Below, in pieces: positions 1 to 9,584 of a DNA stretch of 64,000 bases. The DNA comes from an uncultured Actinomycetota bacterium. GTDB taxonomy: Bacteria > Actinomycetota > Actinomycetes > Actinomycetales > Dermatophilaceae. Every line of letters begins with the position of its first letter. Positions within the stretch are counted from its first letter, which is position 1. The stretch lies in contig CAVZBX010000006.1 in NCBI GenBank assembly GCA_963773655.1, positions 97,201 through 161,200 of the forward strand. The letters are read 5' to 3'. Below the pieces are notes generated by a model. It was not told where the DNA came from. It did no database searches and was given only the letters and a program-made list of their open reading frames with translations. A program made the position numbers and the translations under genes.

Positions 1-47
1 ACCTGAGGACCGGGCACGGACCGACCGGACCGGAGGCAGCGAGTCGC

Positions 48-556
48 TCAGCCGGGAAGGACCAGCTCGTAGGCGAGCAGCCGGACGTCGGGCCGTGGGC
101 TCCAGTCCCGCTCCGGGACCCGGACGAAGCCGAGCCGCTCGTAGAGGCGGTGCGCGGCCCGCATCCAGGTGCCGCTGGAGAGGATGACGCGCGCCACCCC
201 CTCCGCCCGCGCGACGTCGAGGCAGGCGCGGGTCAGCAGCTCGCCGAGCACCACGGCCCCGGGCGGCGGGAGCGACGGCGAGCATCCGCACCTCCACCTC
301 GCCGGGCCGGCACATCTCGACGAGCGGGCTCGCGGCGGGCACGACCGTCACGGTGCCGAGGAGCGCGCCGTCGGGTGCCGCGGCGACGAGGAGCACCGCG
401 TCCCGGTGCCGCGCGCGCGGCGTCACGGAGGTGGTCGGCGTACGGATGGTCGGCGGTGATCCGGCCGTCCGCCGCGTAGGCCTCGACCGTCAGCCGACCC
501 ACCGCCTCGAGCTCGTCCTCCCGCGCCCGGCGCACCCTCGCCTCCACGCCGTCCAT
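48..556 (-). pseudogene. GNAT family N-acetyltransferase; reading frame broken twice (about 249-252 and 408-412). Pseudogene or sequencing error.
   Basis: Three minus-strand segments in three different frames join into one complete GNAT. The N-terminus is MDGVEARVRRAREDELEAVGRLTVEAYAADG (frame of ORF 233..574, ATG at 556). The middle is DAVLLVAAAPDGALLGTVTVVPAASPLVEMCRPGEVEVRMLAVAPAARGRG (second frame). The C-terminus is LGELLTRACLDVARAEGVARVILSSGTWMRAAHRLYERLGFVRV (ORF 48..254). The R-G-R-G-x-G acetyl-CoA motif spans the second break. Confidence 0.6.
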
Positions 557-648
557 CCTCGCAGGTACCCGCACACCGGACCGGCGTGACCACGGTTGGG
601 GCGCTCTGGCAGGATCGCCCCACCTCGATGAATCGACCGGAGGCGAGG

Positions 649-1348
649 ATGGCCGACACGGCAGCGGGCAGCGGGCCCGACGACGCCTCGCCCGACGACG
701 CCCCGCCCGCCGACCACGAGGACTTCTCGCACCGCGTGGAGCGACGGACCGGCAAGACGATCCGGGAGGTCGTCACGCTGCTCGTCCTGTCCCTCACGGC
801 GGTGCTCACGGCCTGGTGCGGGTTCCAGTCCTCGAAGTGGGGCGGCGAGATGTCGATCGCGTTCTCCCAGGCGAGCAGCGCGCGCGTCCAGGCGGCCAGC
901 GCCGACGGCGAGGCGCGCACCGCGCGGGGGTACGACCTGACCATCTGGGCCAACTACGTCAACGCCGTCGCGGAGGACAACACCGAGCTCACCGACTACA
1001 TCAGCGAGCGGTTCACCCCCGCGTTCCGCATCGCCTACGACGACTGGGTGGCCGGCGGCCGGACCGAGCCGGGCCCGTTCGCCGAGCCGTCCTACGTGCC
1101 GCCGGGCACGGCCGAGGCCGAGGCGCTCAGCGCCCGCGCCGACGAGAAGGTTCCAGCAGGCGCTCGAGAACAACGCCCGGGGAGACCGGTACTCGCTGCT
1201 GACGGTGCTCTTCGCGCTCGTCCTCTTCTTCGCCGCGATGTCCGGCCGCGACTTCGCCGCCTGGGTCTCCCGGGCCTTCCTCGGCATCGCCGGGGTACTG
1301 CTGGTCGTCGGCGCCGTCATCCTCTCGACCTTCCCCGTCATCGTCTGA
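649..1348 (+). pseudogene. Membrane protein of unknown function, interrupted by an apparent 1-nt insertion at about 1150.
   Basis: The first part of ORF 586..3474 reads ...LVLSLTAVLTAWCGFQSSKWGGEMSIAFSQ...ALSARADEK. After an extra G at 1150 it continues in the +1 frame as FQQALENNARGDRYSLLTVLFALVLFFAAMSGRDFAAWVSRAFLGIAGVLLVVGAVILSTFPVIV, ending at TGA 1346-1348. GGAGG at 639-643 precedes ATG 649; alternative starts are GTG 586 and ATG 628. Confidence 0.55.
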
Positions 1349-1437
1349 CGGTCCGCAGCCCGCCCGGGCGTCCGACGCCTCGTCCGACGACAGCGCGGGA
1401 ACAGGAGGCGCACAGGGTCGCCCGTGACGGTTGGCCC

Positions 1438-3474
1438 ATGCAGACCACCATGCCGCCGGCAGCCGCGGCCACGGCCTCCCCCACCGACGACGGCCCACGG
1501 CGAGGCGGCGGGCGTGCGTTCCGTGGCCGGGCGACCGAGCGGGTGCGCCGGACGCTGCGGGGCCCGGTGTCCGACCCGGCGTGGGCGCGCCCCGCGCTGC
1601 TCGCCCTCCTCCTCGGCACGACGCTGGCGTACCTGTGGAACCTCACGGCGAGCGGCTGGGCCAACTCCTTCTACTCGGCGGCGGTGCAGGCCGGCAGCGT
1701 CTCGTGGAAGGCGCTGCTCTTCGGCAGCCTCGACGCGGCGAACGCCATCACCGTCGACAAGCCACCGGCCTCCGTGTGGGTGATGGCGCTGTCCGTCCGA
1801 GTGCTGGGACTCGGCTCCTTCGCCATCCTCCTGCCCCAGGTGCTCATGGGGGTGGGGACGGTCGCCGTCGTGCACGCCACCGTGCGCCGCCGGTTCGGGC
1901 ACGGCGCCGCCCTGCTCGCCGGTGCCGCGCTCGCGCTCACGCCGGTCGCGGTGCTGATGTTCCGCTTCAACAACCCGGACGCCCTGCTCACCCTGCTGAT
2001 GGCGCTCGCGGTGTGGGCCGCGCTGCGAGCGACCGACGCCGGTTCGCTGCGGTGGATCGCCCTCTCGGGGGCCTTCGTCGGGTTCGGGTTCCTCACCAAG
2101 TCGCTGCAGGCGCTCCTCGTCGTCCCGGCGATCGCCCTGACGTGGATGCTTCTCGCGGACACCTCCATCCGCCGCCGGCTCGTCGGCGGGCTGGCCTCCA
2201 CCGGTGCGTTCCTGCTCTCGGCCGGCTGGTGGGTGGCGCTCGTCGAGCTGCTGCCGGCATCGGCCCGTCCGTACGTCGGCGGCAGCCAGACCAACTCGTT
2301 CCTCGAGCTGACCTTCGGCTACAACGGGCTCGCCCGGATCGACGGCTCGGAGGAGGGACGGGTCGGGGGCGGCGGGCCGTTCTCCGCCGGTACCGGGCTG
2401 CTCCGGATGTTCGACGCCTCCAACGGCGGCAACATCTCCTGGCTGCTCCCCGCCGCGCTGCTGCTGCTCGCCGCCGGACTGTGGTTCCGCGGGCGGGCGC
2501 CGCGGACCGACCGTCGCCGGGCCGCCTACGTCGCGATGGGCGCTTGGCTGGTCGTCACCCTGCTGGTCTTCTCGCTGATGGGTGGCATCTTCCACGAGTA
2601 CTACACCGTGGCCCTCGCGCCCGCCGTGGGCGCGCTCGTCGGGATGGGGGTCGGCGAGGCCTGGGAGCGCCGCCACACGGTGGCGGGGCCGGTGGTGCTC
2701 GCCACCGTGACGGCGGTGACGTCGGTCTGGGCGTTCGTGCTGCTCTCACGCACCACCGCGTACGGGGAGTGGCTGCGCCTCGGGGTGCTCGTCCTCGGGC
2801 TGGGAACCGCGGTGCTCCTCCTCGTCGTCGGGCAGGTGCACCGCCGTGTCGTACCGGCCGTGGTGGCCGTGGCGGTGGTCGCGGGCCTCGGCGGCCCGGC
2901 CGCGTACAGCGCCGCCACGCTCGCCACCGCGCACACCGGGTCCATCGTCACCGCCGGCCCGTCGACGGGGGATGCACCAGGTGGCGGCAACGGAGGCCCA
3001 CCCGGCGGCGGGGTCGCCGGCGGTGCACCCGGTCAGGCGCCGGGCCAGGGCCTGTCCGCAGGCGCCCCCGCCGGGGGCGGCCGGCAGGCGATGGGCGCTC
3101 TGCTCGGGTCCTCCACGCCGGACGGCGCGGTGGTGCAGACCCTCGCCGCCGACGCCGACCGGTACACGTGGGTGGCCGCCGCCGTCGGGTCGAACAACGC
3201 GGCAGGGCTCCAGCTGGGCACCGGGCTTCCGGTCATGGCGATCGGGGGCTTCAACGGGTCCGACCCCTACCCCACGCTCGAGCAGTTCCAGCAGTACGTC
3301 GAGGACGGCCGTATCCACTACTTCCTCGCCGGCGGCGGCTTCCCCGGCCAGCAGGGCGGGTCGGGTGTCGCGGACGAGATCGACAGCTGGGTCAGCGCGA
3401 ACCACACCCCGGTGACGATGGGCGGCGCGACCTTCTACGACCTCACCCAGCCTCTTGGTGCGACGGATCAGTAG
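1438..3474 (+). CDS. Glycosyltransferase family 39 (ArnT/PMT-type) integral membrane glycosyltransferase.
   Basis: The in-frame ATG at 1438 lies within ORF 586..3474. The protein has many TM helices and the ArnT/PMT-like motif AITVDKPPASVWVMA near the N-terminus. A Gly/Pro-rich linker leads to a C-terminal soluble domain (YTWVAAAVGSNNAAGLQLGTGLPVMAIGGFNGSDP) typical of actinobacterial GT39 proteins. Confidence 0.85.
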   Translation: MQTTMPPAAAATASPTDDGPRRGGGRAFRGRATERVRRTLRGPVSDPAWARPALLALLLGTTLAYLWNLTASGWANSFYSAAVQAGSVSWKALLFGSLDAANAITVDKPPASVWVMALSVRVLGLGSFAILLPQVLMGVGTVAVVHATVRRRFGHGAALLAGAALALTPVAVLMFRFNNPDALLTLLMALAVWAALRATDAGSLRWIALSGAFVGFGFLTKSLQALLVVPAIALTWMLLADTSIRRRLVGGLASTGAFLLSAGWWVALVELLPASARPYVGGSQTNSFLELTFGYNGLARIDGSEEGRVGGGGPFSAGTGLLRMFDASNGGNISWLLPAALLLLAAGLWFRGRAPRTDRRRAAYVAMGAWLVVTLLVFSLMGGIFHEYYTVALAPAVGALVGMGVGEAWERRHTVAGPVVLATVTAVTSVWAFVLLSRTTAYGEWLRLGVLVLGLGTAVLLLVVGQVHRRVVPAVVAVAVVAGLGGPAAYSAATLATAHTGSIVTAGPSTGDAPGGGNGGPPGGGVAGGAPGQAPGQGLSAGAPAGGGRQAMGALLGSSTPDGAVVQTLAADADRYTWVAAAVGSNNAAGLQLGTGLPVMAIGGFNGSDPYPTLEQFQQYVEDGRIHYFLAGGGFPGQQGGSGVADEIDSWVSANHTPVTMGGATFYDLTQPLGATDQ

Positions 3475-3944
3475 CCGGGGCCGACACCGAACAGCGGCTC
3501 GGCCGACCACCACGACACGTCCGCGTGCCCGGCACCGTCGAACTCGACGACGACGTAGGTGGTCGGCCCGTCGAGGCCACGGCAGACGCCGAGCGCACCG
3601 GACCGCACCTCGGGGACGTCCTCGCAGCGGACGGCGGCCACGGGCGGCTCCGCCATCGCCACCAGGGCCTCGAGCTCGTCGCTGCTCATCGGCCTCCCGA
3701 CCGGGCCCGGCACGGTCATGCCGAACGAGGTACCGGACTCCGGCACCATCCCGCCTCCCTCCTCGAAGTCCGGGACGACGAGTCCGAGGACGCCGAAGAA
3801 CAGCAGCGGCACCAGGGCCGACAGGAGCTGGCCGAGCAGGGCGACACCACTGAGCACGAGGGCCACGACGGCGATGGTGCGGGTGTTGTCGCGCGCGGTC
3901 CGAGCCGGCGCAACGGGCCGGGCCGGTCCCCCCGTGATCGTCAT
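3468..3944 (-). CDS. Hypothetical single-pass membrane protein.
   Basis: ATG at 3944 is in frame with the stop at 3468 (158 aa). There is one clear TM helix (IAVVALVLSGVALLGQLLSALVPLLFFGVLGLVV) followed by a soluble C-terminal domain. No recognisable family. Codon usage is consistent with coding, and the rest of ORF 3468..4832 is Arg-rich shadow. Confidence 0.5.
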   Translation of the reverse strand: MTITGGPARPVAPARTARDNTRTIAVVALVLSGVALLGQLLSALVPLLFFGVLGLVVPDFEEGGGMVPESGTSFGMTVPGPVGRPMSSDELEALVAMAEPPVAAVRCEDVPEVRSGALGVCRGLDGPTTYVVVEFDGAGHADVSWWSAEPLFGVGPGY

Positions 3945-4052
3945 GTGCGGAGTATGGCGTGACCACGGGCCCGGGGCACCCGAATCACGAGAGCTCCCCG
4001 CACGGCACCGGGCGGGGCCGGCGGCCTGCCCGCACCTTCCTACACTTCGGGG

Positions 4053-4883
4053 ATGGAGACGGTCGCGGTCATCGGGGCGGGAGCGATGGGCGCCGGGGTG
4101 GGCCGGCGCCTGCGCGACAGGGGGTGCACCGTGCTGACGCTGCTCGACGGCCGCACACCCGCGACGCGGGAGCGCGCCGAGGAGGCCGGCATGCGCGAGG
4201 CCTCGCTCGAGGAGGTGGGGCGGGCCGACCTGGTCCTGTCGATCGTGCCGCCGGCGGCAGCCGAGGCGGTCGTCGACACGGTCCTCCCCGTGCTGCCGGG
4301 CGGCCCGGTGTTCTGCGACGCCAACGCCGTCAGCCCCGCCACCACGACGCGGATGGCCGAGCGCGTCACCGCCGCCGGTGGCCGCTTCGTCGACGGTGCG
4401 GTCATCGGTGGTCCACCCGAGCAGGGCTACGACGGGCCGCGCGTCTACCTGGCCGGGCCGGACGCGACCGAGGTCGCCGCCCTGGGTCGGCTGGGGCTCG
4501 ACGTGCACGTCCTCGACGGCCCCGTGGGTGCGGCCTCGGCCCTGAAGATGTGCTATGGCGGGCTGAACAAGGGCGTCATCGGGCTCGCGACGGCGGTCCT
4601 GCTCGCGGCCGAGCGTCACGGGGCCGCCGACGACCTCGTCGCGGAGATGGGAGGAAGCATGCGATGGCTGCTCGACCGGCTCCCCACGGCGGTGCCGGGC
4701 ATGTACCCGAAGGCGTACCGGTGGGACACCGAGATGCACGAGGTGGCGGCCTTCCTCGGCTCCGCCGACTCCGCGGCGCAGCGGGTCTGGGACGGCCTCG
4801 GCGACTTCTACACCGACCGTGCGGCCGCGCACGGCGCCGGCCAGGAACTCGCCGCCCTCCGACGGCTGCTCGACCGCGGCTGA
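4053..4883 (+). CDS. NAD(P)-dependent oxidoreductase (6-phosphogluconate / 3-hydroxyisobutyrate dehydrogenase-like NAD-binding domain with a DUF1932-like C-terminus).
   Basis: N-terminal Rossmann motif VAVIGAGAMGAGVG. Overall length and the C-terminal helical domain (ASALKMCYGGLNKGVIGLATAVLLAAE) match this family. Confidence 0.8.
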   Translation: METVAVIGAGAMGAGVGRRLRDRGCTVLTLLDGRTPATRERAEEAGMREASLEEVGRADLVLSIVPPAAAEAVVDTVLPVLPGGPVFCDANAVSPATTTRMAERVTAAGGRFVDGAVIGGPPEQGYDGPRVYLAGPDATEVAALGRLGLDVHVLDGPVGAASALKMCYGGLNKGVIGLATAVLLAAERHGAADDLVAEMGGSMRWLLDRLPTAVPGMYPKAYRWDTEMHEVAAFLGSADSAAQRVWDGLGDFYTDRAAAHGAGQELAALRRLLDRG

Positions 4884-4950
4884 GGACCGCGCACCCCCCT
4901 GCCGCCCGCTTTGCCCGGCGGGTGGGCCGACGGCTACCCTGTGCGACGTT

Positions 4951-5040
4951 GGAGGCGTCGCCTAGTCCGGTCTATGGCGCCGCACTGCTAATGCGGTTTG
5001 GGCTAACCGCCCATCGAGGGTTCAAATCCCTCCGCCTCCG
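4951..5040 (+). tRNA. tRNA-Ser (anticodon GCT).
   Basis: Cloverleaf readable by hand. Acceptor GGAGGCG/CGCCTCC, anticodon stem CCGCA/TGCGG with loop CTGCTAA, a long variable arm, T-arm GAGGG-TTCAAAT-CCCTC and discriminator G. Confidence 0.9.
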
Positions 5041-5042
5041 CA

Positions 5043-5083
5043 CACGGAAACCCCCGGGAGCTTGCGACCGGGGGTTTTCCGTG
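5043..5083 (+). terminator. GC-rich hairpin immediately downstream of tRNA-Ser(GCT).
   Basis: CACGGAAACCCCCGG (5043-5057) pairs with CCGGGGGTTTTCCGTG (5068-5083) with a one-base bulge and a 10-nt loop. Confidence 0.5.
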
Positions 5084-5201
5084 GGCGGAGGCGGGGCGAT
5101 GCCGGGAGAGGATCGCGCGGGTGAGGGACGAACCCGCGCGAGCCTCGGTCCCTCCGCCTCCGCCCTCGGGGCGGGAGGGTTCCCGGGGCCGGACCTCGGC
5201 C

Positions 5202-5978
5202 TCAGTGGTTCTCCGAGAGGCTCCACATCGTCCACAGCTCGGTGCGCATCCGGCGGGGCTGGCGCAGGGTGTACACGACCGCCTCGGCGATGTCGGTCGG
5301 CTCCATGAAGTCCCCCTCGGAGGGGTCCTTGCCGCCGAACCGTCCGTCGGCCGCCGCGAACCCGGTGTTCACCCCGGCCGGTGCGATGACGGTGGTGCGG
5401 ATGCCCTCGGTGCGCAGCTCGCGGTCGAGCGCGGTGCCGAGGTTGATCTGGGCACCCTTGGTGGCGGCGTAGACCGCCTCCTTGCCGCCGCCGATCATCA
5501 GCCCGGCGACCGACCCCATGATGACGATGTCGCCGCCGTCGCCCTGGGCGCGGAACTGCCGCACCGCCGCGCGGGCCAGCCACACCGTGCCCTTGACGTT
5601 GAGGTCGACCATGAGCTCGACCTCCGCCGAGGAGTAGTCGAGCACGCCGCCGTAGAACCCGACCGCGGCGTTGGCCACCACGGAGTCGACGCGGCCGAAG
5701 GTGTCCACCCCGGCCGCGACGAGGGCGTCGGCCGTGGCCTCCAGCCGGGAGTCGCCGACGAGGGTGACGAGCCGGTCCCCGCCCCACTCCTCGCGAAGCA
5801 GGGCGAGGGACTCATCCCTGAGGTCGCCCGCGACCACCCGGCCACCGCACTCGAGGACCAGCCGCGCCGTGGCCCCGCCGATGCCGCCACCGGCACCGGT
5901 GACGACGACGACGGTGTCCTGCAGGCTGCGCCAGTGCCCGTTCGTGGCACCACCGTCGAGGTGGTAGGGGGCGGTCAC
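5202..5978 (-). CDS. Short-chain dehydrogenase/reductase (SDR), possibly a polyol (sorbitol-type) dehydrogenase.
   Basis: GTG at 5978 overlaps the upstream permease stop (GTGA). Cofactor motif VVVTGAGGGIGG and catalytic YAATK are present. It is the last gene of the sugar-ABC operon. Confidence 0.85.
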   Translation of the reverse strand: MTAPYHLDGGATNGHWRSLQDTVVVVTGAGGGIGGATARLVLECGGRVVAGDLRDESLALLREEWGGDRLVTLVGDSRLEATADALVAAGVDTFGRVDSVVANAAVGFYGGVLDYSSAEVELMVDLNVKGTVWLARAAVRQFRAQGDGGDIVIMGSVAGLMIGGGKEAVYAATKGAQINLGTALDRELRTEGIRTTVIAPAGVNTGFAAADGRFGGKDPSEGDFMEPTDIAEAVVYTLRQPRRMRTELWTMWSLSENH

Positions 5979-6790
5979 TTGATGGCGCCCATGGACAGGC
6001 CGCGGACGAGCTGTTTCTGGGCTACCCATCCGGCGATGATGACGGGGAGGGCGGCGATGGTGGCGGCGGCGGACAGGACGGCGAGGAACTGTCCGCGTCC
6101 GTCGACGAAGCTGCCGAGGAACGGTGGGGTGGTGCGGGCGGCGGAGCTGGTGAGGATGAGGGCGAGGAAGTACTCGTTCCAGGCGAAGATGAAGCTGATC
6201 AGGGCGGCGGCGGCGACGCCGGGCAGGACCAGGGGCAGCGCGATCCGGAAGATCTCCCGGCCCAGGCCGACGCCGTCGACGCGGGCGGCCTCGATGATCT
6301 CGTAGGGGACCTCGAGGTAGAACGAGCGCATCATCCACACGGTGACCGGCAGGTTCATCGCCGCGTAGACCAGGGAGAGCATGTAGATGTTGTCGAGCAG
6401 GTTGATCGTCTTGAAGATCATGAACAGGGGCAGCACGATCGCCGCGAGCGGCATGAACCGGGTGGAGATGAAGAAGGACAGGGTGTTCTGCGGGTTCTTG
6501 GTGGTGCGGATCGACAGGGCGTAGGCGGCCGGGATGGCCAGCGCCACGGCGATGATCGTGGAGATGACCGCGGCGGTCAGCGAGTTCTGCAGGTAGCCCA
6601 GCATCCCGCGGTCCATCGCCAGCTGGTAGCCCTCGGTGGAGGGGGTGAAGAACAGCTTGGGGTTGACCGAGGAGGCGACCGACTCGGGCTTGAACCCGTT
6701 GACCACCATCCAGAAGACGGGGAAGAAGAAGGCCAGGACCAGCACCCAGGTGCCCGCGGTGACCAGCCCACCCTTGGCGCGCGTGCTCAT
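5975..6790 (-). CDS. Carbohydrate ABC transporter permease (MalG-type).
   Basis: ATG at 6790 overlaps the stop of the upstream permease (ATGA). Six-TM layout with the EAA-loop region EAARVDGVGLGREIFRIALPL. Confidence 0.9.
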   Translation of the reverse strand: MSTRAKGGLVTAGTWVLVLAFFFPVFWMVVNGFKPESVASSVNPKLFFTPSTEGYQLAMDRGMLGYLQNSLTAAVISTIIAVALAIPAAYALSIRTTKNPQNTLSFFISTRFMPLAAIVLPLFMIFKTINLLDNIYMLSLVYAAMNLPVTVWMMRSFYLEVPYEIIEAARVDGVGLGREIFRIALPLVLPGVAAAALISFIFAWNEYFLALILTSSAARTTPPFLGSFVDGRGQFLAVLSAAATIAALPVIIAGWVAQKQLVRGLSMGAIK

Positions 6791-7743
6791 CGGCTTCCTC
6801 CTGCCATGAAGACCTTGAAGACGGACTTGAGCGCGATCGTGGCGACGATGATCGTCAGGATCACGGTGACCACGCCGTAGGCGGCCGCCTGGCCGATGTC
6901 CAGGCCGATGAACGCCCGCTCGTAGAGCAGGTACGCCAGGGTCTTGGTGCCGCCGGTGCCCTTGGTCAGGATCGCGATCGGGTCGAAGACCTGCAGGATG
7001 ATCACCGACCCCAGCAGCACCCCGATCTCGATGTACATCCGCAGGTGCGGCAGCGTGATCCAGGTGAAGGTCCGCCACGGGCCGGCGCCGTCGACCAGCG
7101 CCGCCTCCAGGATCCCCTTGTCCTGCCCCTGCAGCCCGGCCAGCAGGATCAGCATCATGAACGGGGTGAACTGCCAGGTCAGCACGATCACCACGGTCGC
7201 CATCGGGTGCTCGGTGCCCCACGAGACCAGCGGCAGCCCCAGGGAGCGCAGGACCCAGTTGACCATCCCGATGTTGGTGTCGAACATCGAGTACTTCCAG
7301 ATCAGCGACGCCGCCGCCGGCATGATCAGGAACGGGGTGATCATCAGCGTGCGGGCCAGGGCCCGGCCCCGGAACTGCCGGTCCAGCAGCACCGCGAACA
7401 GCAGCCCGAACAGGACCGCCAGGGTCACCGACAAGGCGGTGATCTGCACCGTGGCCACGATCGAGGGCCACAGGTCACCCGAGGTCAGGGCGCTGGTGTA
7501 GTTGTCCAGCCCGGCGAACTGCCGGTCCTGCGGGTACAGCAGGTTCCACTCCGTCAGGGAGTACCCGATCGTGGTCAGGAACGGGATCTGGGTCATCACG
7601 ATCAGGAAGACCACCGCCGGGAGCATCAGGGCCCGGTTGGTCCACAGCTCCTTGCGCCTGAGCCGCTTGCGGTCCAGGGCAGTCCTGCCCTGCACCTCGT
7701 CCAGCTCGATCGGTGGGGGGGTGTTGTCGGTCGTGGTCGTCAT
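6787..7743 (-). CDS. Carbohydrate ABC transporter permease (MalF-type).
   Basis: Complete ORF with EAA-loop EAALVDGAGPWRTFTWITLP and a typical TM pattern. Confidence 0.9.
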   Translation of the reverse strand: MTTTTDNTPPPIELDEVQGRTALDRKRLRRKELWTNRALMLPAVVFLIVMTQIPFLTTIGYSLTEWNLLYPQDRQFAGLDNYTSALTSGDLWPSIVATVQITALSVTLAVLFGLLFAVLLDRQFRGRALARTLMITPFLIMPAAASLIWKYSMFDTNIGMVNWVLRSLGLPLVSWGTEHPMATVVIVLTWQFTPFMMLILLAGLQGQDKGILEAALVDGAGPWRTFTWITLPHLRMYIEIGVLLGSVIILQVFDPIAILTKGTGGTKTLAYLLYERAFIGLDIGQAAAYGVVTVILTIIVATIALKSVFKVFMAGGSR

Positions 7744-7952
7744 CTCGGCACTCCCTCGTGCGACCTGCGGTGACTGTTCACTTCACGGTGCCTGCAGCCT
7801 GCGCCCACCCCGAACGTGCGGTGCCTGCGTGCAGTACGCGGTGCCCGCAGTCTGCTCCCGCTCGGCACGGGCGGCGACCGCTGGAGGAGGGTGGGACGGG
7901 TGCCGGGGCCGGCTCCAGGGCCGGACCCGGCACCCGCGTCACGTGGCCGGCG

Positions 7953-9317
7953 TCAGCCCTTCTGCTTGTCGCCGGCTTCCTGGGCGATGCCCTGGCACCT
8001 GCCCAGCGCGTCCTCGATCGAGGTGCGCCCCGCCAGGTAGTCCGCCACCAGCTGGGCGCACTGGTTCCCGACGTCCTGGAACTCGGGGATCGAGACGTAC
8101 TGGATGCCCACGTACGGCTGCGGGTTGACCCCCGGCTGCTCCGGGTTCACCGAGCTCATCACCTCCAGGGTCAACGGTGCGTACGCCGCGGCCGCCTCCT
8201 TGTACTCCGGGATCTCGTAGGTCGAGGTGCGCGAACCCGGCGGGACGTTGCTCCAGCCGATCTTCTCCCCGACCAGCTTGATGTACTCCTTGCTCGTGGC
8301 CCACTTCACGAAGTCGACCGCCGCGTCCTGCTGCTTGGTCGAGGCCGGCACCGCCAGGTTCCAGCTCCACAACCACCCCGACTGGTCGGTCTCGACCACC
8401 GGCATCGGCACGTAACCCATCTTGCCCTTCACCGGGGAGTCATCGGCCTCCAGCAGCGACGCCGCCACCGTGGCATCGGCCCACATCGCGGCCTTGCCCT
8501 CCTTGAGCGCGGTCAGGCACTCCGGGAAGCTGTAGGACACCGGGTCGGCCTGACCGGACTCATCCAGCATCTCCTTGTAGAAACCCACCGCCTGCTTCCA
8601 CTCCGGGGTGTCGACCGTGGCGTTCCAGTCCATGTCGTACCAGTTACCGCCGAAGGTCTGCACCACCGTGGTCAACGGCCCGAACAGGTCACCCCACCCC
8701 GGCTTGCCCCGCATGCAGATACCGGACATCTCCTTGGTGTCGACCTTCTTCGCCGCATCCGCCACCTGCTGCCAGGTCGGCGTCCCCGAGAACGTGACCC
8801 CCGCCCCGTCCAGCACGTCCTTGCGGTACATCAGGAACGAGGACTCACCGTAGAACGGCACCGCGAACAGCTTCCCCTCGAAACTGTTGACCTCCCGCAC
8901 CGGCGGCAGGATGTCATCGACGTCATAGTCCGCGTCCGAGGACAGACTCTCGGACAAGTCCACCAACCACCCGTTCGCACCCCACTGCGGAGTCTCGTAC
9001 GCCCCGATCGTCACGATGTCGTACTGACCAGCACCCGACGCCACATCAGCAGTCACCGCCGCCCGCAGATCACCCTCCTCCATCACCTGGAAGTTCACCG
9101 TCGTCCCCGGGTTCGCCGCCTCGTACTCCGACTTCAGCTGCTCCATGTCCTTCATCTGCGGGTTGTTCACCGTCGCCAAGTTCAACGTCACACTCCCACC
9201 CCCCGCAGCATCGCTCCCGTCGTCGCTGGAGACCGCGCCCGACGAGCAGGCTGCCATCGCCATGGCGGACGCCAGGGCACCCGCGCCCAGCGCCAGCATG
9301 CGCTTCTTCGCATCCAT
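7953..9317 (-). CDS. Sugar/polyol ABC transporter substrate-binding lipoprotein.
   Basis: Signal peptide plus lipobox MLALGAGALASAMAMAACSSG. Family-1 extracellular solute-binding protein length and composition. First gene of the permease operon. Confidence 0.9.
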   Translation of the reverse strand: MDAKKRMLALGAGALASAMAMAACSSGAVSSDDGSDAAGGGSVTLNLATVNNPQMKDMEQLKSEYEAANPGTTVNFQVMEEGDLRAAVTADVASGAGQYDIVTIGAYETPQWGANGWLVDLSESLSSDADYDVDDILPPVREVNSFEGKLFAVPFYGESSFLMYRKDVLDGAGVTFSGTPTWQQVADAAKKVDTKEMSGICMRGKPGWGDLFGPLTTVVQTFGGNWYDMDWNATVDTPEWKQAVGFYKEMLDESGQADPVSYSFPECLTALKEGKAAMWADATVAASLLEADDSPVKGKMGYVPMPVVETDQSGWLWSWNLAVPASTKQQDAAVDFVKWATSKEYIKLVGEKIGWSNVPPGSRTSTYEIPEYKEAAAAYAPLTLEVMSSVNPEQPGVNPQPYVGIQYVSIPEFQDVGNQCAQLVADYLAGRTSIEDALGRCQGIAQEAGDKQKG

Positions 9318-9584
9318 TCCTAACTCCTTTGGTAGGTACTCAGTCGGCTCCGGCCGAGTCCGGCCCGCTGCGTCGTCGTCCGCCCGGGCCTTTCTCGACC
9401 CGTCGGTGCCCGGACGGTCCGCCGTGGCGTGCTGACTGGAACACGACGAAATCTAGGGAGGCCCCACCTCGGCGACAACATCCACAACCGCCCCCCTTTC
9501 GATACTATTTTTCGCATCGGTGTCGCCCTGTCGCCTGCGCCGCCACGATTGACCACCACGGCGTCCGCGCCGGAGCACCGAAGT

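Noticed and set aside
490-2676. 728-aa minus-strand ORF, together with the similar 1431..3962 (+) 843-aa ORF.
   Set aside because: The translations are Arg/Gly/Pro/Ala-rich with no motifs, and they lie antisense or out of frame to a well-supported GT39 gene. These are typical shadow ORFs of very GC-rich DNA.
586-3474. Single 962-aa protein suggested by the ORF track.
   Set aside because: The stretch between about 1150 and 1437 translates to Arg/Pro-rich nonsense. A 1-nt frame correction gives a proper membrane-protein C-terminus ending at 1348, and the GT39 gene has its own ATG at 1438. These are two genes joined by a frameshift artefact.
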